Source: Candidatus Obscuribacteraceae bacterium
GTDB taxonomy: Bacteria > Cyanobacteriota > Vampirovibrionia > Obscuribacterales > Obscuribacteraceae
DNA: 64,000 bases
Direction: 5' to 3'
Assembly: GCA_044226015.1 (NCBI GenBank)
Contig: JBGAHS010000001.1
Coordinates: forward strand, 288,001 to 352,000
Shown: piece by piece, positions 21,559 to 32,028 of the stretch
Layout of the letters: every line of letters starts with the position of its first letter
Numbering within the stretch: position 1 is the stretch's first letter
Notes under the pieces: model-generated
The model's database searches: none
What the model was told of the DNA's origin: nothing
What the model saw: the letters and a program-made list of their open reading frames with translations, nothing else
Program-made: the position numbers and the translations under genes

Positions 21559-24170
21559 GTTAGCCTCTCAATCAGCTCTAAAATCATTGTGCGATTAAAT
21601 TCTAGTTTGCTGAAATATGCATCGCCGCCATCAGTCTTGCAAAGGTTTTCGCCGTCGCTTTGATTATGTGAGCCAAAGAATATTACGGGCAAATCTTTGA
21701 GACGCAGATCTTTCCTTATCCAGAAGGCTAGTCCACTCTCGTGACTTTCGCTTAGCTCGTTGCTTTTCAAAACGACCAGGGGCTCTTCTTCATCTAAACC
21801 TTCCAGTGCTTTTTCATTACTTTCGAATGTGCGCACCACATACCCCTCGCTTTCGAGTAGCGATTTCAACATTATTAGTGAGGTTACGTGGCGGTCAACG
21901 AGAAACACAGAGCGTTCTGTCTGCCGTTGTGCCCTTTCTACATCGTGCGAGAGTTCATCTGTCAAAAGTTTATCGGCTATGCTGTGTTTCCCAGCTGATT
22001 CCAATAAGTCTGCAATGTTCAAAACAGGAACGACTTGACCCGACCCGAGTATGGTGGCACCTGAAATATTCGCTACTCGAGCTAAAGGGTAAGAAAGTCC
22101 CCTGACCAGAACCTCGTGCTCGTGCAATATCTCATCCACTAGAAATCCTGCGCGACGATCGCCCGTTTCCAGCACGAGGATTTGTTGATAGCTTCGAGCC
22201 GCCTTCGACTTGAAATCGTGAGTTCTAGGAATGTTCAAAACATCTGACATGGACTGAACGCTTGTTAGTTGTCCATTCACCATTGCAACATTGCGACTTC
22301 CCTTCTGTCTGATTTCAGACCGTTGAACTCTGCCTGCATAGTGAACATGTAATGTTGGAATGATGAAACTCTGTTTGCCAGACATCACCTGAATTCCTCT
22401 GAACGTTGAGAGCTTCGTGGGCAATTGGAGAATAAATTTTGTGCCTTTTCCAAGCTTTGTTTCAACTATTACCCTTCCGCCAAGCTCGTGAAGTCTTTCA
22501 CGAACTATCGCCATGCCCAAGCCGCGTCCCGAAATTTCGGTTAGTTTTTCACTTGTGGAAACCGCCGAGCGGTACATAAGTTCAATAGCATCTTGCTCGC
22601 TCATTTCGGAAGCTTCGTCATTACTGATGGCGCCTTCTTTCAATGCTGCAGCTTTCAATTTCTCCGCATTAATTCCACGTCCATCATCCTGAATAATCAG
22701 CTGAACGTAACCGCTTTCATCTTGCCGGGCGCCGATTCTCAATGAGGCTTTGCCGGGTTTTCCGGCAGCTATTCGTTGCTCACTTGTTTCAATGCCGTGG
22801 TCAAGGCTATTTCTGACCAGGTGAATTACTGGGTCTTTGATTTCTTCAAGTATTCTGCGGTCGATTTCGATTTCACTTCCGAATATCTCAAGTTCAACCT
22901 CTTTATGCAGCTCTCTTGAAAGGTCTCTTACAACTTTGGGCACGACTGACAAAAGCGATGTGAAATCTTGCATCAAGAGCGACTTCACGGAATCAATGAA
23001 GCCGTCAACCATGTTGAAGCACAGTCGCTGCTCGGTATTTTGTCTGCGCATTTTGCTTGTCAGCGATGAATCAAGAGAGTTGCTTATGCCAGCCAGAGTG
23101 TCCATGATCATTGCCAGCGTTCTTTCGACGTTGATCTCGTCTCTTTTCTCTCGCTGCTCTTTGATATTCTCGGAGAGTTTCTGCGCTTCATTACTTAGTG
23201 TCTTTGAGATTAGCCTCAAATCGCGTAAGTCATCCAGGTGCTGCTCACTGACCTGTTTTAATACCAGCATTTCTTCTGATTCTCTCAGAAGTTTGTCTAG
23301 TTTCCACAAAGCAATTCTTGTGCTTGCAGCTGCCTTGTCCATCCCTGTTGCAGCTTTTACGGCGGTGCTTGTGCCGCCTTGTGCACTTGGTTCTGCCGAG
23401 CGATTTGCTGGCGCAGCAACATCATGTTTTTGTGGCGCCGCCGTTGCTGGCGAATGTTGTGCTGGTGAATGTTGTGCTGGAACTTGTCCTGCTTGTGGAT
23501 TTGACTGTGGAGGTGTCGCACTGGCAGGTGCAGCTGCTGCTGAGTTCGCGCCTGGGTGCCCCGTTGAAGGTGCCAGCGCCGGAGCTTCGGCAGAATGTTG
23601 TGGTGCTTGTGCTATGCCTCCAGGTTGCGCTTGAGGCGCTGTGCCTGCTGGCGCAGCTTGTTGACCTGTGGGTGGGGCACTAGCCTGGGTAGGATTGTTG
23701 GAGCCTTGAGCCTGAACTTCTCCAGTACCTGCAAGACCTGCTTCCATTCGTAATCGCTGACGCTCGTCAAGCATTTTTAGTCGATGAAGGGTCTCATTGA
23801 GATCCTCTGGTTGATACTCAGCCTGTCCTTCTTCTACTTTGTTTATGATCTCATCGACGCTATCAATCGCTTTGTGAAACACGTCGGCTGCTTCTGGCTT
23901 GAGAAGCTCTTTCTTTCTCCTCATACTGAAAATTGCGCTTTCCATCAATTGACAGATAGTTTCAACAGGAGTGACACCAGCAGCTCTGCTATTGCCTTTC
24001 ATGCTGTGTAATTCGTGCAATATGTTCTCAGACTGAGTCTGTTTCTCTTCGTCTTCTTTGCTGCTTTCCATGTTGATGACATTCGTCATGATTGTCTGCA
24101 GCTGTTCGCGAGCCTCGATTACAAAGGCTTCTTGAAGTTGTTTCAAAAATTCTTCATCAATCTCGCTCAC
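21555..24170 (-). CDS. cheA: Hybrid CheA (HPt-linker-dimerisation-HATPase-CheW-pseudoREC)
   Basis: LHSMKG, HLVRNSLDHGIE, QDDGRGI, SGRGLGM, CheW domain, degenerate C-terminal receiver. Confidence 0.95.
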   Translation of the reverse strand: MSEIDEEFLKQLQEAFVIEAREQLQTIMTNVINMESSKEDEEKQTQSENILHELHSMKGNSRAAGVTPVETICQLMESAIFSMRRKKELLKPEAADVFHKAIDSVDEIINKVEEGQAEYQPEDLNETLHRLKMLDERQRLRMEAGLAGTGEVQAQGSNNPTQASAPPTGQQAAPAGTAPQAQPGGIAQAPQHSAEAPALAPSTGHPGANSAAAAPASATPPQSNPQAGQVPAQHSPAQHSPATAAPQKHDVAAPANRSAEPSAQGGTSTAVKAATGMDKAAASTRIALWKLDKLLRESEEMLVLKQVSEQHLDDLRDLRLISKTLSNEAQKLSENIKEQREKRDEINVERTLAMIMDTLAGISNSLDSSLTSKMRRQNTEQRLCFNMVDGFIDSVKSLLMQDFTSLLSVVPKVVRDLSRELHKEVELEIFGSEIEIDRRILEEIKDPVIHLVRNSLDHGIETSEQRIAAGKPGKASLRIGARQDESGYVQLIIQDDGRGINAEKLKAAALKEGAISNDEASEMSEQDAIELMYRSAVSTSEKLTEISGRGLGMAIVRERLHELGGRVIVETKLGKGTKFILQLPTKLSTFRGIQVMSGKQSFIIPTLHVHYAGRVQRSEIRQKGSRNVAMVNGQLTSVQSMSDVLNIPRTHDFKSKAARSYQQILVLETGDRRAGFLVDEILHEHEVLVRGLSYPLARVANISGATILGSGQVVPVLNIADLLESAGKHSIADKLLTDELSHDVERAQRQTERSVFLVDRHVTSLIMLKSLLESEGYVVRTFESNEKALEGLDEEEPLVVLKSNELSESHESGLAFWIRKDLRLKDLPVIFFGSHNQSDGENLCKTDGGDAYFSKLEFNRTMILELIERLT

Positions 24171-24180
24171 ATCATCACCA

Positions 24181-24729
24181 TTATGGATAAGTCTCTACAA
24201 TCAGTCGTGGGTCCGAAAAAAGTTTTTCAACGTCGAGCACTGCTGTGCGATCTTGACGCACTCCTTTCAAGAGAGGCGCTAGCATGGGGCTGACTAGCTG
24301 TCGTGCATCTTGCAGTTCCTTTTCGAGAATCGACGAGATGCCCGCAATCTCATCAACGGCAATGGCTGTTTGTCCATTAGTAAGTTGAACTACTACGATT
24401 TGAAGTTCTGATTTCTTTTCGCTGGCACCGAGCTCTAGTATCGAGCGCAAATCAATGAGGGGCAGAATTTGCCCGCGAAAATTCATCAAGCCCAGAACGA
24501 AATCAGGAGTGCAGGGAAGTTCTGTCCAAGTCGAAAGCTTGTTTGCTTCCCGCACAAATTTAGCCTCAATGGCAAATCGCTCGTTCGAAATAACAAGTTC
24601 GAGAACGTCTAATTCGTTTTCCTTTTGCGCAGTAGAAAGAGGTGCTTGCGCAAGAAAAGCAGCACGCTCGTCAAGAATGGCTTTGCGCTGCTCTTTTGTT
24701 AATTCTTCGCTGTCTTCTCTATTTGCCAT
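24181..24729 (-). CDS. cheW: CheW coupling protein
   Basis: ILDERAAFLAQ N-terminal extension; LPCTPDFVLGLMNFRGQILPLIDL. Confidence 0.92.
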   Translation of the reverse strand: MANREDSEELTKEQRKAILDERAAFLAQAPLSTAQKENELDVLELVISNERFAIEAKFVREANKLSTWTELPCTPDFVLGLMNFRGQILPLIDLRSILELGASEKKSELQIVVVQLTNGQTAIAVDEIAGISSILEKELQDARQLVSPMLAPLLKGVRQDRTAVLDVEKLFSDPRLIVETYP

Positions 24730-24740
24730 ATTGCTTTCCG

Positions 24741-25586
24741 CTAGGTTTCCTTCTTCCGAAACATGGTTGACGAAAATCGCTCCATGTCTTGTGGTGGCGC
24801 AGCGATGAATCTAGCTGAGTCATTGGCACTCGTGATAAGAATGCCACCAGGGCTCAGGCAAGCAGCAAGCTTGTCGACAATTTCTTTACTCTTTTGCTGA
24901 GTAAAATAAATGAGAACGTTTCGGCAAAATATTATGTCTACATCTTTAGTATTATTTGCCATTGCAGGAAAATGGTCTTCGGCAAGATTCAAATAACCGA
25001 ATTTAACCAGCTCACTTAGCGTTGATTTCAGTTGGAAGAATCCGTCAGGTGTTTCGTTAAAATAGTGAGACAAAAATTCGTCTGGCGTTGTTCTGAAAGA
25101 CCAAGAACTGTAACTTGCCTTCTTAGCTTTCTCCAAACTTCTCGTGTTGATATCTGTAGCAAGTAGGCTCACATCGTAGGTATCGAGGCTCTTCAAGCTG
25201 CGTAAAAGACTTATTGCGATGGAGAAGGGCTCCTCACCTGTGCTGCAACCGGCACTCCAAATCTTCAGCTGTCTTTTGCCTTTCTTTCTTCGAATGATGG
25301 CTGGAATCAATTTTTCTTCCAGAGAGACAAACACTGAAGGATCGCGAAAGAAGTATGTTTCCCCGATGGTCAAATTGCGAACAATTGTTTGCAACTGAAC
25401 TTTAGTCAATCGATTTGCTAAAAGATCCTCTATACATTTTGCCGTGTCGTCGTAAGACAATTCCTTTGCCGAGACTCTCAGTCCACGTTCAAGGTCTGAG
25501 TATCTTTTTTCGTTAAAAAACAGACCCACTCTTGCCGATAGGTGCTCGTTTACAGCGTTAAGTAAATCTGGTATCACGACTTCCAT
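24741..25586 (-). CDS. cheR: Chemotaxis methyltransferase CheR (no TPR tail)
   Basis: LTIGETYFFRD, IWSAGCSTGEEP, ATDIN, IFCRNVLIYF. Confidence 0.95.
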   Translation of the reverse strand: MEVVIPDLLNAVNEHLSARVGLFFNEKRYSDLERGLRVSAKELSYDDTAKCIEDLLANRLTKVQLQTIVRNLTIGETYFFRDPSVFVSLEEKLIPAIIRRKKGKRQLKIWSAGCSTGEEPFSIAISLLRSLKSLDTYDVSLLATDINTRSLEKAKKASYSSWSFRTTPDEFLSHYFNETPDGFFQLKSTLSELVKFGYLNLAEDHFPAMANNTKDVDIIFCRNVLIYFTQQKSKEIVDKLAACLSPGGILITSANDSARFIAAPPQDMERFSSTMFRKKET

Positions 25587-25588
25587 TG

Positions 25589-26044
25589 TTAAACCTCGCT
25601 GCGAGCTAGTGCTGCTGCGAGAGAGAGTTCTTCTTCAGAGCTTAAGAACTTTTCGATATCATGCAGTAAAACGATGCCTTCATCAATACTGAAGGCACCC
25701 TTTAAATGTTTAAGCTCTGCCGCCTGCGGAAGCTTCTCTATCTTTCTGTTGTTGGTGACATCCTCCACGTCATCCACTACCAGTCCTAAAAGAGCTTCTT
25801 GCCGCCGTAAGATTATTATTTCGTCCGTGGTCTCCATTTCCCGTTCTTCTAGCTTCAGTTTTTGTCTCAAGCTTAAAACAGGAACTGGTATGCCATTTAG
25901 ATTGAGTAGCCCGAGCACGTTCGGAGGCGCGCCCGGAATTGGCTTCAAAGACGCAGCCCTTACTACCCTGTCCACTTGATCTAAATCAACTGCGAGTCGT
26001 ATGTCTTCAATTATGAACACTAATAGTCCCGTTGAATCTGCCAT
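25589..26044 (-). CDS. cheW: CheW coupling protein
   Basis: IPGAPPNVLGLLNLNGIPVPVLSLR, GLVVDDV; start at MADST. Confidence 0.9.
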   Translation of the reverse strand: MADSTGLLVFIIEDIRLAVDLDQVDRVVRAASLKPIPGAPPNVLGLLNLNGIPVPVLSLRQKLKLEEREMETTDEIIILRRQEALLGLVVDDVEDVTNNRKIEKLPQAAELKHLKGAFSIDEGIVLLHDIEKFLSSEEELSLAAALARSEV

Positions 26045-26224
26045 CAGGCTACGCCAATTATGCACCCGTCTCCACTTACCACATAGTCGGCAGTATTAAT
26101 CGCTACAACATTATCGGGCGGTCAGTATTTAATGAATATCTTTACCTTCAATGCCGTGGACTAGCGGTAGCTTTGTGGCATTGAGAATCTGGGTTAGCAG
26201 CTCATTTACTTTCTCGGACACTCG

Positions 26225-27862
26225 ATGAACTCAATTACTGGTTCAACTCTGACATTATCAAACAGACCTCTGGCAACAAGAGTTATTTCGCTACTGCTGT
26301 TTGCGGCTTCGTGTTGGTTGCTATATTTCAATTTCACGCCTGCATATGCTAACGTGACAGTTTTTACGCTTTCGCTTTTCGCGGTTAGCTTGTTGTCCTA
26401 TGGTTTTGCTCGCTCAAGCTATCCTGATGAGAAGGTTTCGCCCACTCTGTCGGCTGCACTCGTGACAGCCGCGGCTGTCATCATGAGCGCACTTCATGGC
26501 AAATATAGCTGTCACTATTCGGTAATGCTCGCGCTAGCTTTATCGGCGACTTACAAAAGTCGTTCTATCATGGCGGTTGCAGCAACTGCCGCAATTGTAG
26601 AGCAGTTTGTGATTGGTGTTTTTTATCACGACACTATTTTTCCGGCCAGCCTTAGCAGCTCAGAAGATTGGATGCTAAGTCACTACCTCTGGGTGGTGTT
26701 GACTGGCGTTGTGTTGATGTTTTCTTGTGAGTCGAGCCGCAGCTCGAGCGCCACAAGTACTACAGCTGCTGCACCTGTGCTTGCGGCTCCGGAGGCTCCC
26801 AAGGTTCCTACAGAGGCCGAATTGACGACAACTTACATGGTATTACCTAAAGTGGCAGCAAAAGCTTCCGCTGATACGTCTGGCGGTTTTCCTGCTCTCA
26901 ACCTGGAGAACGTACCTGCAGATCTTGAAGAGCTGGTTAAGGCAGCAAGTGAAGTCGGTAAGCGCGCGCAAAAATTGCATCGCTCAATCTCAAACATTGA
27001 GGGTCCACTTAAGCGTATGGTTCAATCCATCAATGGCGCTAACAGAGGCATGCAAGAAATTAAAGATGAGCTGTCTCGCACTGCTGCATCTGTTATTCAG
27101 ATTACTCAGAGCTCCGAGATGCACGCAAACAAAGCGCAAGATGTGTTTACCGCTGCAGAAGAAGCTGCTTATGGTTCGCAAATTGGTGCACTTTCAACTG
27201 AGCAAACTATCAGAAACATGGACCGAATTCGCGATCAGATGGATTCTATTGCCGCAAGAATGGACAATCTTCTGAACAAGAGTCAACTAATGGTTCAAGT
27301 CGTTGGTTTTGCCGATGAACTGGCTTTGCAATCGAAAGTCTTGTCCGTGAACGCAGCTATTGAAGCAGCGAAAGCTGGAGACAGAGGTCATGGATTCACC
27401 GCTGTAGCCAGAGAAGTAAAAAGTCTTGCAAACCAATCGAAAGACGCAACAAGACAGGTTAGGCAGATTCTCAAAGAGATTCAAAAATCAATTGCTGAGG
27501 TCCGTCGTTCAATTGCTCTGGGTAACGAAACCGTAAACCTTGCAAGCGATCAATGTCAGAGCACTGTTGAGTCAATTCGTGGATTAGACAACAGCGTAAA
27601 CAGTTCGCGTGACGCGGCTGAGGCAATCATGAATTCGAGTAAGGACCAGGTCAACGGCATCATGTTGATTTCGCATGCAATGAACGATATTCAAATTGTT
27701 TCGGAACAAAATTCAAGCAGTCTTGCCAATTTGCAAGTCGAAGCTCAAAAGCTCAATACAATCACCAAAGAGTTAGTAAATGAAATGTCTGGTTACCAGA
27801 CGTTGATTGAAAAGTTAATGGCTCAGTGTGCCGCGCTGAGTCAAAGCGATTCTGGCAGTTAA
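26225..27862 (+). CDS. Methyl-accepting chemotaxis protein with multi-TM integral membrane sensor
   Basis: About 6 N-terminal hydrophobic helices; signalling tip QSKVLSVNAAIEAAKAGDRGHGFTAVAREVKSLA. Confidence 0.92.
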   Translation: MNSITGSTLTLSNRPLATRVISLLLFAASCWLLYFNFTPAYANVTVFTLSLFAVSLLSYGFARSSYPDEKVSPTLSAALVTAAAVIMSALHGKYSCHYSVMLALALSATYKSRSIMAVAATAAIVEQFVIGVFYHDTIFPASLSSSEDWMLSHYLWVVLTGVVLMFSCESSRSSSATSTTAAAPVLAAPEAPKVPTEAELTTTYMVLPKVAAKASADTSGGFPALNLENVPADLEELVKAASEVGKRAQKLHRSISNIEGPLKRMVQSINGANRGMQEIKDELSRTAASVIQITQSSEMHANKAQDVFTAAEEAAYGSQIGALSTEQTIRNMDRIRDQMDSIAARMDNLLNKSQLMVQVVGFADELALQSKVLSVNAAIEAAKAGDRGHGFTAVAREVKSLANQSKDATRQVRQILKEIQKSIAEVRRSIALGNETVNLASDQCQSTVESIRGLDNSVNSSRDAAEAIMNSSKDQVNGIMLISHAMNDIQIVSEQNSSSLANLQVEAQKLNTITKELVNEMSGYQTLIEKLMAQCAALSQSDSGS

Positions 27863-27877
27863 GGAGCCGATAGATCT

Positions 27878-29065
27878 ATGGAGAACCAGCAAACAAGTCT
27901 GGCTGACAAACTGAAAACCTTCTTTTCTGCGATGGTTTTTGTAATGATCATTTTGCAAGCCGGAATCTATTTCTTAATGAAGAACGACCCCAACGCCGTT
28001 TGGGTCGAGTGCATCGTAACCATAGTTTGTGCAATCGGTTTGGGCTACATCACTTTGCGTTGGTTGAAGCGTGAGCTTATAGAGCCCCTCAATCAAACAA
28101 GTTCAGCCATCAGCAAGCTTGTTGCTGGCGATTTGCGCGTGGAACTGCCAGACGTCAAAGAAGACGATGAGCTTGGCAAACTGATTAAGAACTTTGACAA
28201 ACTTTTGAACAATCTGCGCGATGACAGACATCAGATTGCTGATGCTGTTAGCGTTCTGGCAAGTTCACTTGGGCAAATCGTTATGTCTACGAGCGCATCG
28301 GCGGAGGGCGCATCTGAAACCGCAGCGACCGTTACTGAAACGACAATCGCCGCAGAAGAAGTTCGTCAGACTACGATGATTGCAACAGAAAATAGCCGAT
28401 TTGTTGCAGACCTCGCTGAGGAAACTGCAAAGGTATCGCTGGAAGGACGCCAGGCTACTGAAGATACTGTTGCTCAGATGACCAGAATGCGTTCGCAGAT
28501 GGCAACAATTGCTGAAAGCATGTCGGGGCTTCTCGAAAAATCTCAGGCGATTGTAGAAATTACAAGTACAGTAGATGACCTGGCTCAGCAGTCTAATCTG
28601 CTTGCTGTTAACGCCGCGGTTGAAGCTGCACGTGCTGGAGAACTTGGTAAAGGATTCTCCGTCGTAGCGCAGGAGGTCAAAGCTCTTGCTGCTCTATCCA
28701 AAGAAGCTACTGCGGAAGTCCGCCGAATACTTGAAGATATTCAAAAAGCTACTGCTGCTGCTGCTGTATCCATCGAGCAAGGAAGTGGAATGGTGGAAGC
28801 AGCTGTAAAACAATCATCGGAAGCAGGTAATGCAATTGAGGCGCTGACCAGAAGCGTTTCTGAAGCTGCAAGCGCTGCTTCACAGATCGCAGCTGCCAAC
28901 CAGGAGCAGTTGGTTGGTATTGACCAGGTTGTGACCGCTATGCAGGGGGTGCAAGGTGCAATGCGCCAACACGCAGAGGCGAGTCGTAATATTAACGAGG
29001 CCGCTCAGAATTTGAATATCATCCGAGATGTATTGCAAGGGCTGGTGAACCGGTATTTGTCCTGA
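27878..29065 (+). CDS. Methyl-accepting chemotaxis protein (2 TM, HAMP, minimal periplasmic loop)
   Basis: Two adjacent TMs, HAMP (DDELGKL), QSNLLAVNAAVEAARAGELGKGFSVVAQEVKALA. Confidence 0.93.
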   Translation: MENQQTSLADKLKTFFSAMVFVMIILQAGIYFLMKNDPNAVWVECIVTIVCAIGLGYITLRWLKRELIEPLNQTSSAISKLVAGDLRVELPDVKEDDELGKLIKNFDKLLNNLRDDRHQIADAVSVLASSLGQIVMSTSASAEGASETAATVTETTIAAEEVRQTTMIATENSRFVADLAEETAKVSLEGRQATEDTVAQMTRMRSQMATIAESMSGLLEKSQAIVEITSTVDDLAQQSNLLAVNAAVEAARAGELGKGFSVVAQEVKALAALSKEATAEVRRILEDIQKATAAAAVSIEQGSGMVEAAVKQSSEAGNAIEALTRSVSEAASAASQIAAANQEQLVGIDQVVTAMQGVQGAMRQHAEASRNINEAAQNLNIIRDVLQGLVNRYLS

Positions 29066-29159
29066 TCAGAATTGATTTCGCCTGTTGATCTTGACATTGC
29101 CTCGTCTTGCGCTTAGTCTGAAAAAGCCTGCTCTTCATTAACAAGGATGGCACATTACT

Positions 29160-29546
29160 ATGCAAATTCCTCGCGTGCCATTTATAAGGCTTACATTCAC
29201 GTTGGTACTGCTTCTTAGCTTTTCTGGAACGGCACTCTCAGCGAATGCTCAAACCGTAAAAAAGCATGCTGACGGAACAGTGGAAGTCCTGGATGACGAA
29301 GAGAAATCAGTGCCAGCTTATCACTCTGCTGGACGGCATTCAGCTGGGTCTTCGTCTGGAAAAATACCCGCCTACACAAAACGCATGGGCGGCGTTTCCG
29401 TGCATCGCAATGCTGATGGAACTGTGGAAGTGACAGACACAGACATGAAGACAACTTATACTGGAGGCAGTGCTCCGGCCAGAACAAAGAAATCGCTTGC
29501 AAAAAAGAGCAGCACTGCTGGTAGTGCTGCAAAAAAGAAAAAATAG
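29160..29546 (+). CDS. Small exported basic protein with two ADGTVEV repeats
   Basis: Signal peptide ending ANA; KKHADGTVEV and HRNADGTVEV; Lys-rich tail. Confidence 0.7.
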   Translation: MQIPRVPFIRLTFTLVLLLSFSGTALSANAQTVKKHADGTVEVLDDEEKSVPAYHSAGRHSAGSSSGKIPAYTKRMGGVSVHRNADGTVEVTDTDMKTTYTGGSAPARTKKSLAKKSSTAGSAAKKKK

Positions 29547-29553
29547 AAACTAG

Positions 29554-30207
29554 CTAGTGAGCCGTATTGCGCTCGCCAGTGTCTGCGTTGCGACTTGCAG
29601 CGTCCAACATTTGAACCATCTTCTCTAATTGCTGTGTGGCTTTGGCAGGTGGACGTAGCTGAAGTGCGCTTGACACTGCCTCGCGAGCTTCGGGGTAGCG
29701 CTTTTGCATGTAGAGAACATTTCCTAGATTTTTCCAGCCAGCCCAACTTTGATTGTCTAGTTTTAAGCACTGGCGATAGCTCTTTTCTGCGTCTTCAACG
29801 AGTCCGCCTTTTGCTTCCGTGGCTTTTCCGATTTCCAGCCAGGCTCTAGGCTGATACTCATAAAGCGCAATGGATGCGCGGAAATGCTCGATGGCTTCAT
29901 CCCAACGATGAGCTCTCATTTTTTCCATTCCTACTCTGAATTCCGGTACGGAAGTCTTCCAACTATCAATGCTTCCTACGCCGGGAAACTTGGACATGTC
30001 GATTGGTCCGTCGATGTCCTCTTCTCTGCCACCCGGTCCGCTCTCTTTTTTACCTGCTTTTGCATGTCCCTTTTTGTTTTGGGCATCTGCCGGCAGAAGT
30101 GTGAATGAATTTGCAAAGATCAAAAACATGAGCGTTGTGCCAATAGCGCTAACTCGCATAGAAATACTCCTTGCTGACCTAATAGATCTTCCCAAATTTG
30201 GAAGCAC
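29554..30207 (-). CDS. Exported TPR protein
   Basis: N-terminal hydrophobic segment; TPR units such as AWLEIG...AEKSYRQCL and GWKNLGNVL...AVSSAL. Confidence 0.8.
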   Translation of the reverse strand: MLPNLGRSIRSARSISMRVSAIGTTLMFLIFANSFTLLPADAQNKKGHAKAGKKESGPGGREEDIDGPIDMSKFPGVGSIDSWKTSVPEFRVGMEKMRAHRWDEAIEHFRASIALYEYQPRAWLEIGKATEAKGGLVEDAEKSYRQCLKLDNQSWAGWKNLGNVLYMQKRYPEAREAVSSALQLRPPAKATQQLEKMVQMLDAASRNADTGERNTAH

Positions 30208-30246
30208 TCATACACAGTCAGAATTATTTGCTTACGGTAATTCTTA

Positions 30247-31092
30247 TTACTTCGATGTATCTAGCTTAATTTGAGCGTCTCTAAATCGGCGAATCACGTC
30301 GTCGTAAATCTCGCTTCTTAATCGGTTGGTGGACGCAGCGACGTAGTCTTCAGTAGCAGCTCTGACCACAAAACGCAATTTGCCCGAGTCGAAAGCATCG
30401 ATAAGAACATTTGGAGCTGGTTCTTGCAGCACTTTGGGATGCGCTTTGACTGCGTCTTTTATCAACTCTTTCACATCGCTTAAGTTATTGTCTACTGAGA
30501 CCACTACAGGGAAAGACACATACACATCTCTGCTCGTTAGGGACCAGTTACTTATTCGTTGATCCATAAAGTCAGTGTTTGGGACGATAACATCAATATT
30601 ATCGTCAGTTCTAATTGTTGTTGAACGAAGAGCAATTTTTGTGACATCACCTGTGGTGGTGCCAATTTGAACCCTGTCACCTATCTTGATAGGCTTTTCG
30701 ATCAGGATCATGATTCCACCGGCAACGTTTTTTGCGACCGTTTGCAGTCCAAGAGAAAGCCCTAAACCCAGGGCACCGGCAACGACCGTGAGAGCTGTCA
30801 TCTCTATTCCTGCTGTGTTCAGGATAATGACGCCGCCCAGAAATACGAACGAGTATTGCAAGAACATGCCAAAAAACGACTGCATGTTTCTTTCTAGCTT
30901 CGTTTTCTCTAGAAGTTTCTCGATTACTTTTTTACGAATAGACCGTGATATCGCGATTAGAATCGAAAAAAGCGCGAGTATATAAGCAAGCAATGCTATT
31001 GTTACTGTGGTTTTTCCAACCGGGACAAGTGGAATTTGTGCCACGTACACAATTGCTTGCCATAATCTTTCCATAAATTGTTCAATGTTCAT
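30247..31092 (-). CDS. mscS: Small-conductance mechanosensitive channel (MscS family)
   Basis: GALGLGLSLGLQ, IEKPIKIGDRV, IALRST, VIVPN, ISNWS. Confidence 0.92.
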   Translation of the reverse strand: MNIEQFMERLWQAIVYVAQIPLVPVGKTTVTIALLAYILALFSILIAISRSIRKKVIEKLLEKTKLERNMQSFFGMFLQYSFVFLGGVIILNTAGIEMTALTVVAGALGLGLSLGLQTVAKNVAGGIMILIEKPIKIGDRVQIGTTTGDVTKIALRSTTIRTDDNIDVIVPNTDFMDQRISNWSLTSRDVYVSFPVVVSVDNNLSDVKELIKDAVKAHPKVLQEPAPNVLIDAFDSGKLRFVVRAATEDYVAASTNRLRSEIYDDVIRRFRDAQIKLDTSK

Positions 31093-31162
31093 TTTGTCAA
31101 GACAATTCAAGTTCCCAGGCAATATTACCAAATCAGGACTTCTATCATATTAAGAGGCGCAT

Positions 31163-31963
31163 GTGCTTTCAGTAGTCAAATCTCTATATTGCTATCCTGT
31201 CAAATCTTGCAAGGGCGTTGAACTTACTCATGCTCAGGTTGACGAACGCGGTATTCGACATGACCGTTCCTGGTTGATTGTCAGTGAAAGCGGCATGGCA
31301 GTCACTCAGCGTGATTTTCCGCGAATGTCTCTGATTGAAACTGAGATAGTTGACGAGCGAAGGCTGCGCTTGTACATTCCGGAAAAAGGCGAATTATTGC
31401 TCGATGCTACAGATGATGGTTTAGCCCGGACAGTGAGGGTATGGGACGACACTTGCGACGCTGTTGATCAAGGTGAGCAAAGCTCGGTCTGGCTGAGTGA
31501 ATTTCTTGGGACTCGAGTTCATCTGGTTAGAATGAGAGAGCAGTTTGTCAGACCTGTCACTTCAAAATACGCTACTTCCAGCGAGCAGCAAGTAGGTTTT
31601 GCCGACGGTTTCCCTTTCTTACTGCTCGCAGAAGCCTCTCTGGAAGACCTCAATCAGAAATTAGAATTTCCAGTGCTGATGAATCGATTTCGCCCTAACA
31701 TCGTAGTGTCAGGCTGCGCAGCTTTTGCGGAGGACTCGTGGAAGAGTATACAAATTGGTGATTTGCAGTTCGATGTAGTGAAACCATGTGCACGCTGTTT
31801 GATCATCTCTATCGATCAAGAAGATGCAAACATAAGCAAAGAGCCTATGAGAACCTTGAGTTTTTACCGCCAGTTCGGAAAAAAGGTTCTATTTGGACAA
31901 AATCTGGTGCACCACTCTGCAGGATCAATACAAGTAGGTGACGAAGTGAGAGTGCTCAAATAA
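31163..31963 (+). CDS. MOSC-domain molybdoenzyme (YcbX/mARC-like)
   Basis: YPVKSC, HDRSW, FADGFP, RFRPNIV, KPCARC, FGQN. Confidence 0.93.
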   Translation: MLSVVKSLYCYPVKSCKGVELTHAQVDERGIRHDRSWLIVSESGMAVTQRDFPRMSLIETEIVDERRLRLYIPEKGELLLDATDDGLARTVRVWDDTCDAVDQGEQSSVWLSEFLGTRVHLVRMREQFVRPVTSKYATSSEQQVGFADGFPFLLLAEASLEDLNQKLEFPVLMNRFRPNIVVSGCAAFAEDSWKSIQIGDLQFDVVKPCARCLIISIDQEDANISKEPMRTLSFYRQFGKKVLFGQNLVHHSAGSIQVGDEVRVLK

Positions 31964-31969
31964 GCAAAC

Positions 31970-31997
31970 AAAAAAAGAGGCAGCTTGCTGCCTCTTT
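31970..31997. terminator. Probable bidirectional intrinsic terminator
   Basis: A7-GAGGCAGC-tt-GCTGCCTC-TTT between convergent genes. Confidence 0.75.
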
Positions 31998-32028
31998 AAA
32001 CTGATTTCTTATTCGACCGGCGTGCCTT

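Noticed and set aside
22837..23683. Long plus-strand ORFs opposite cheA, and similar antisense ORFs opposite the proteases, mrp and the GGDEF gene
   Set aside because: They are antisense shadows of well-supported genes.
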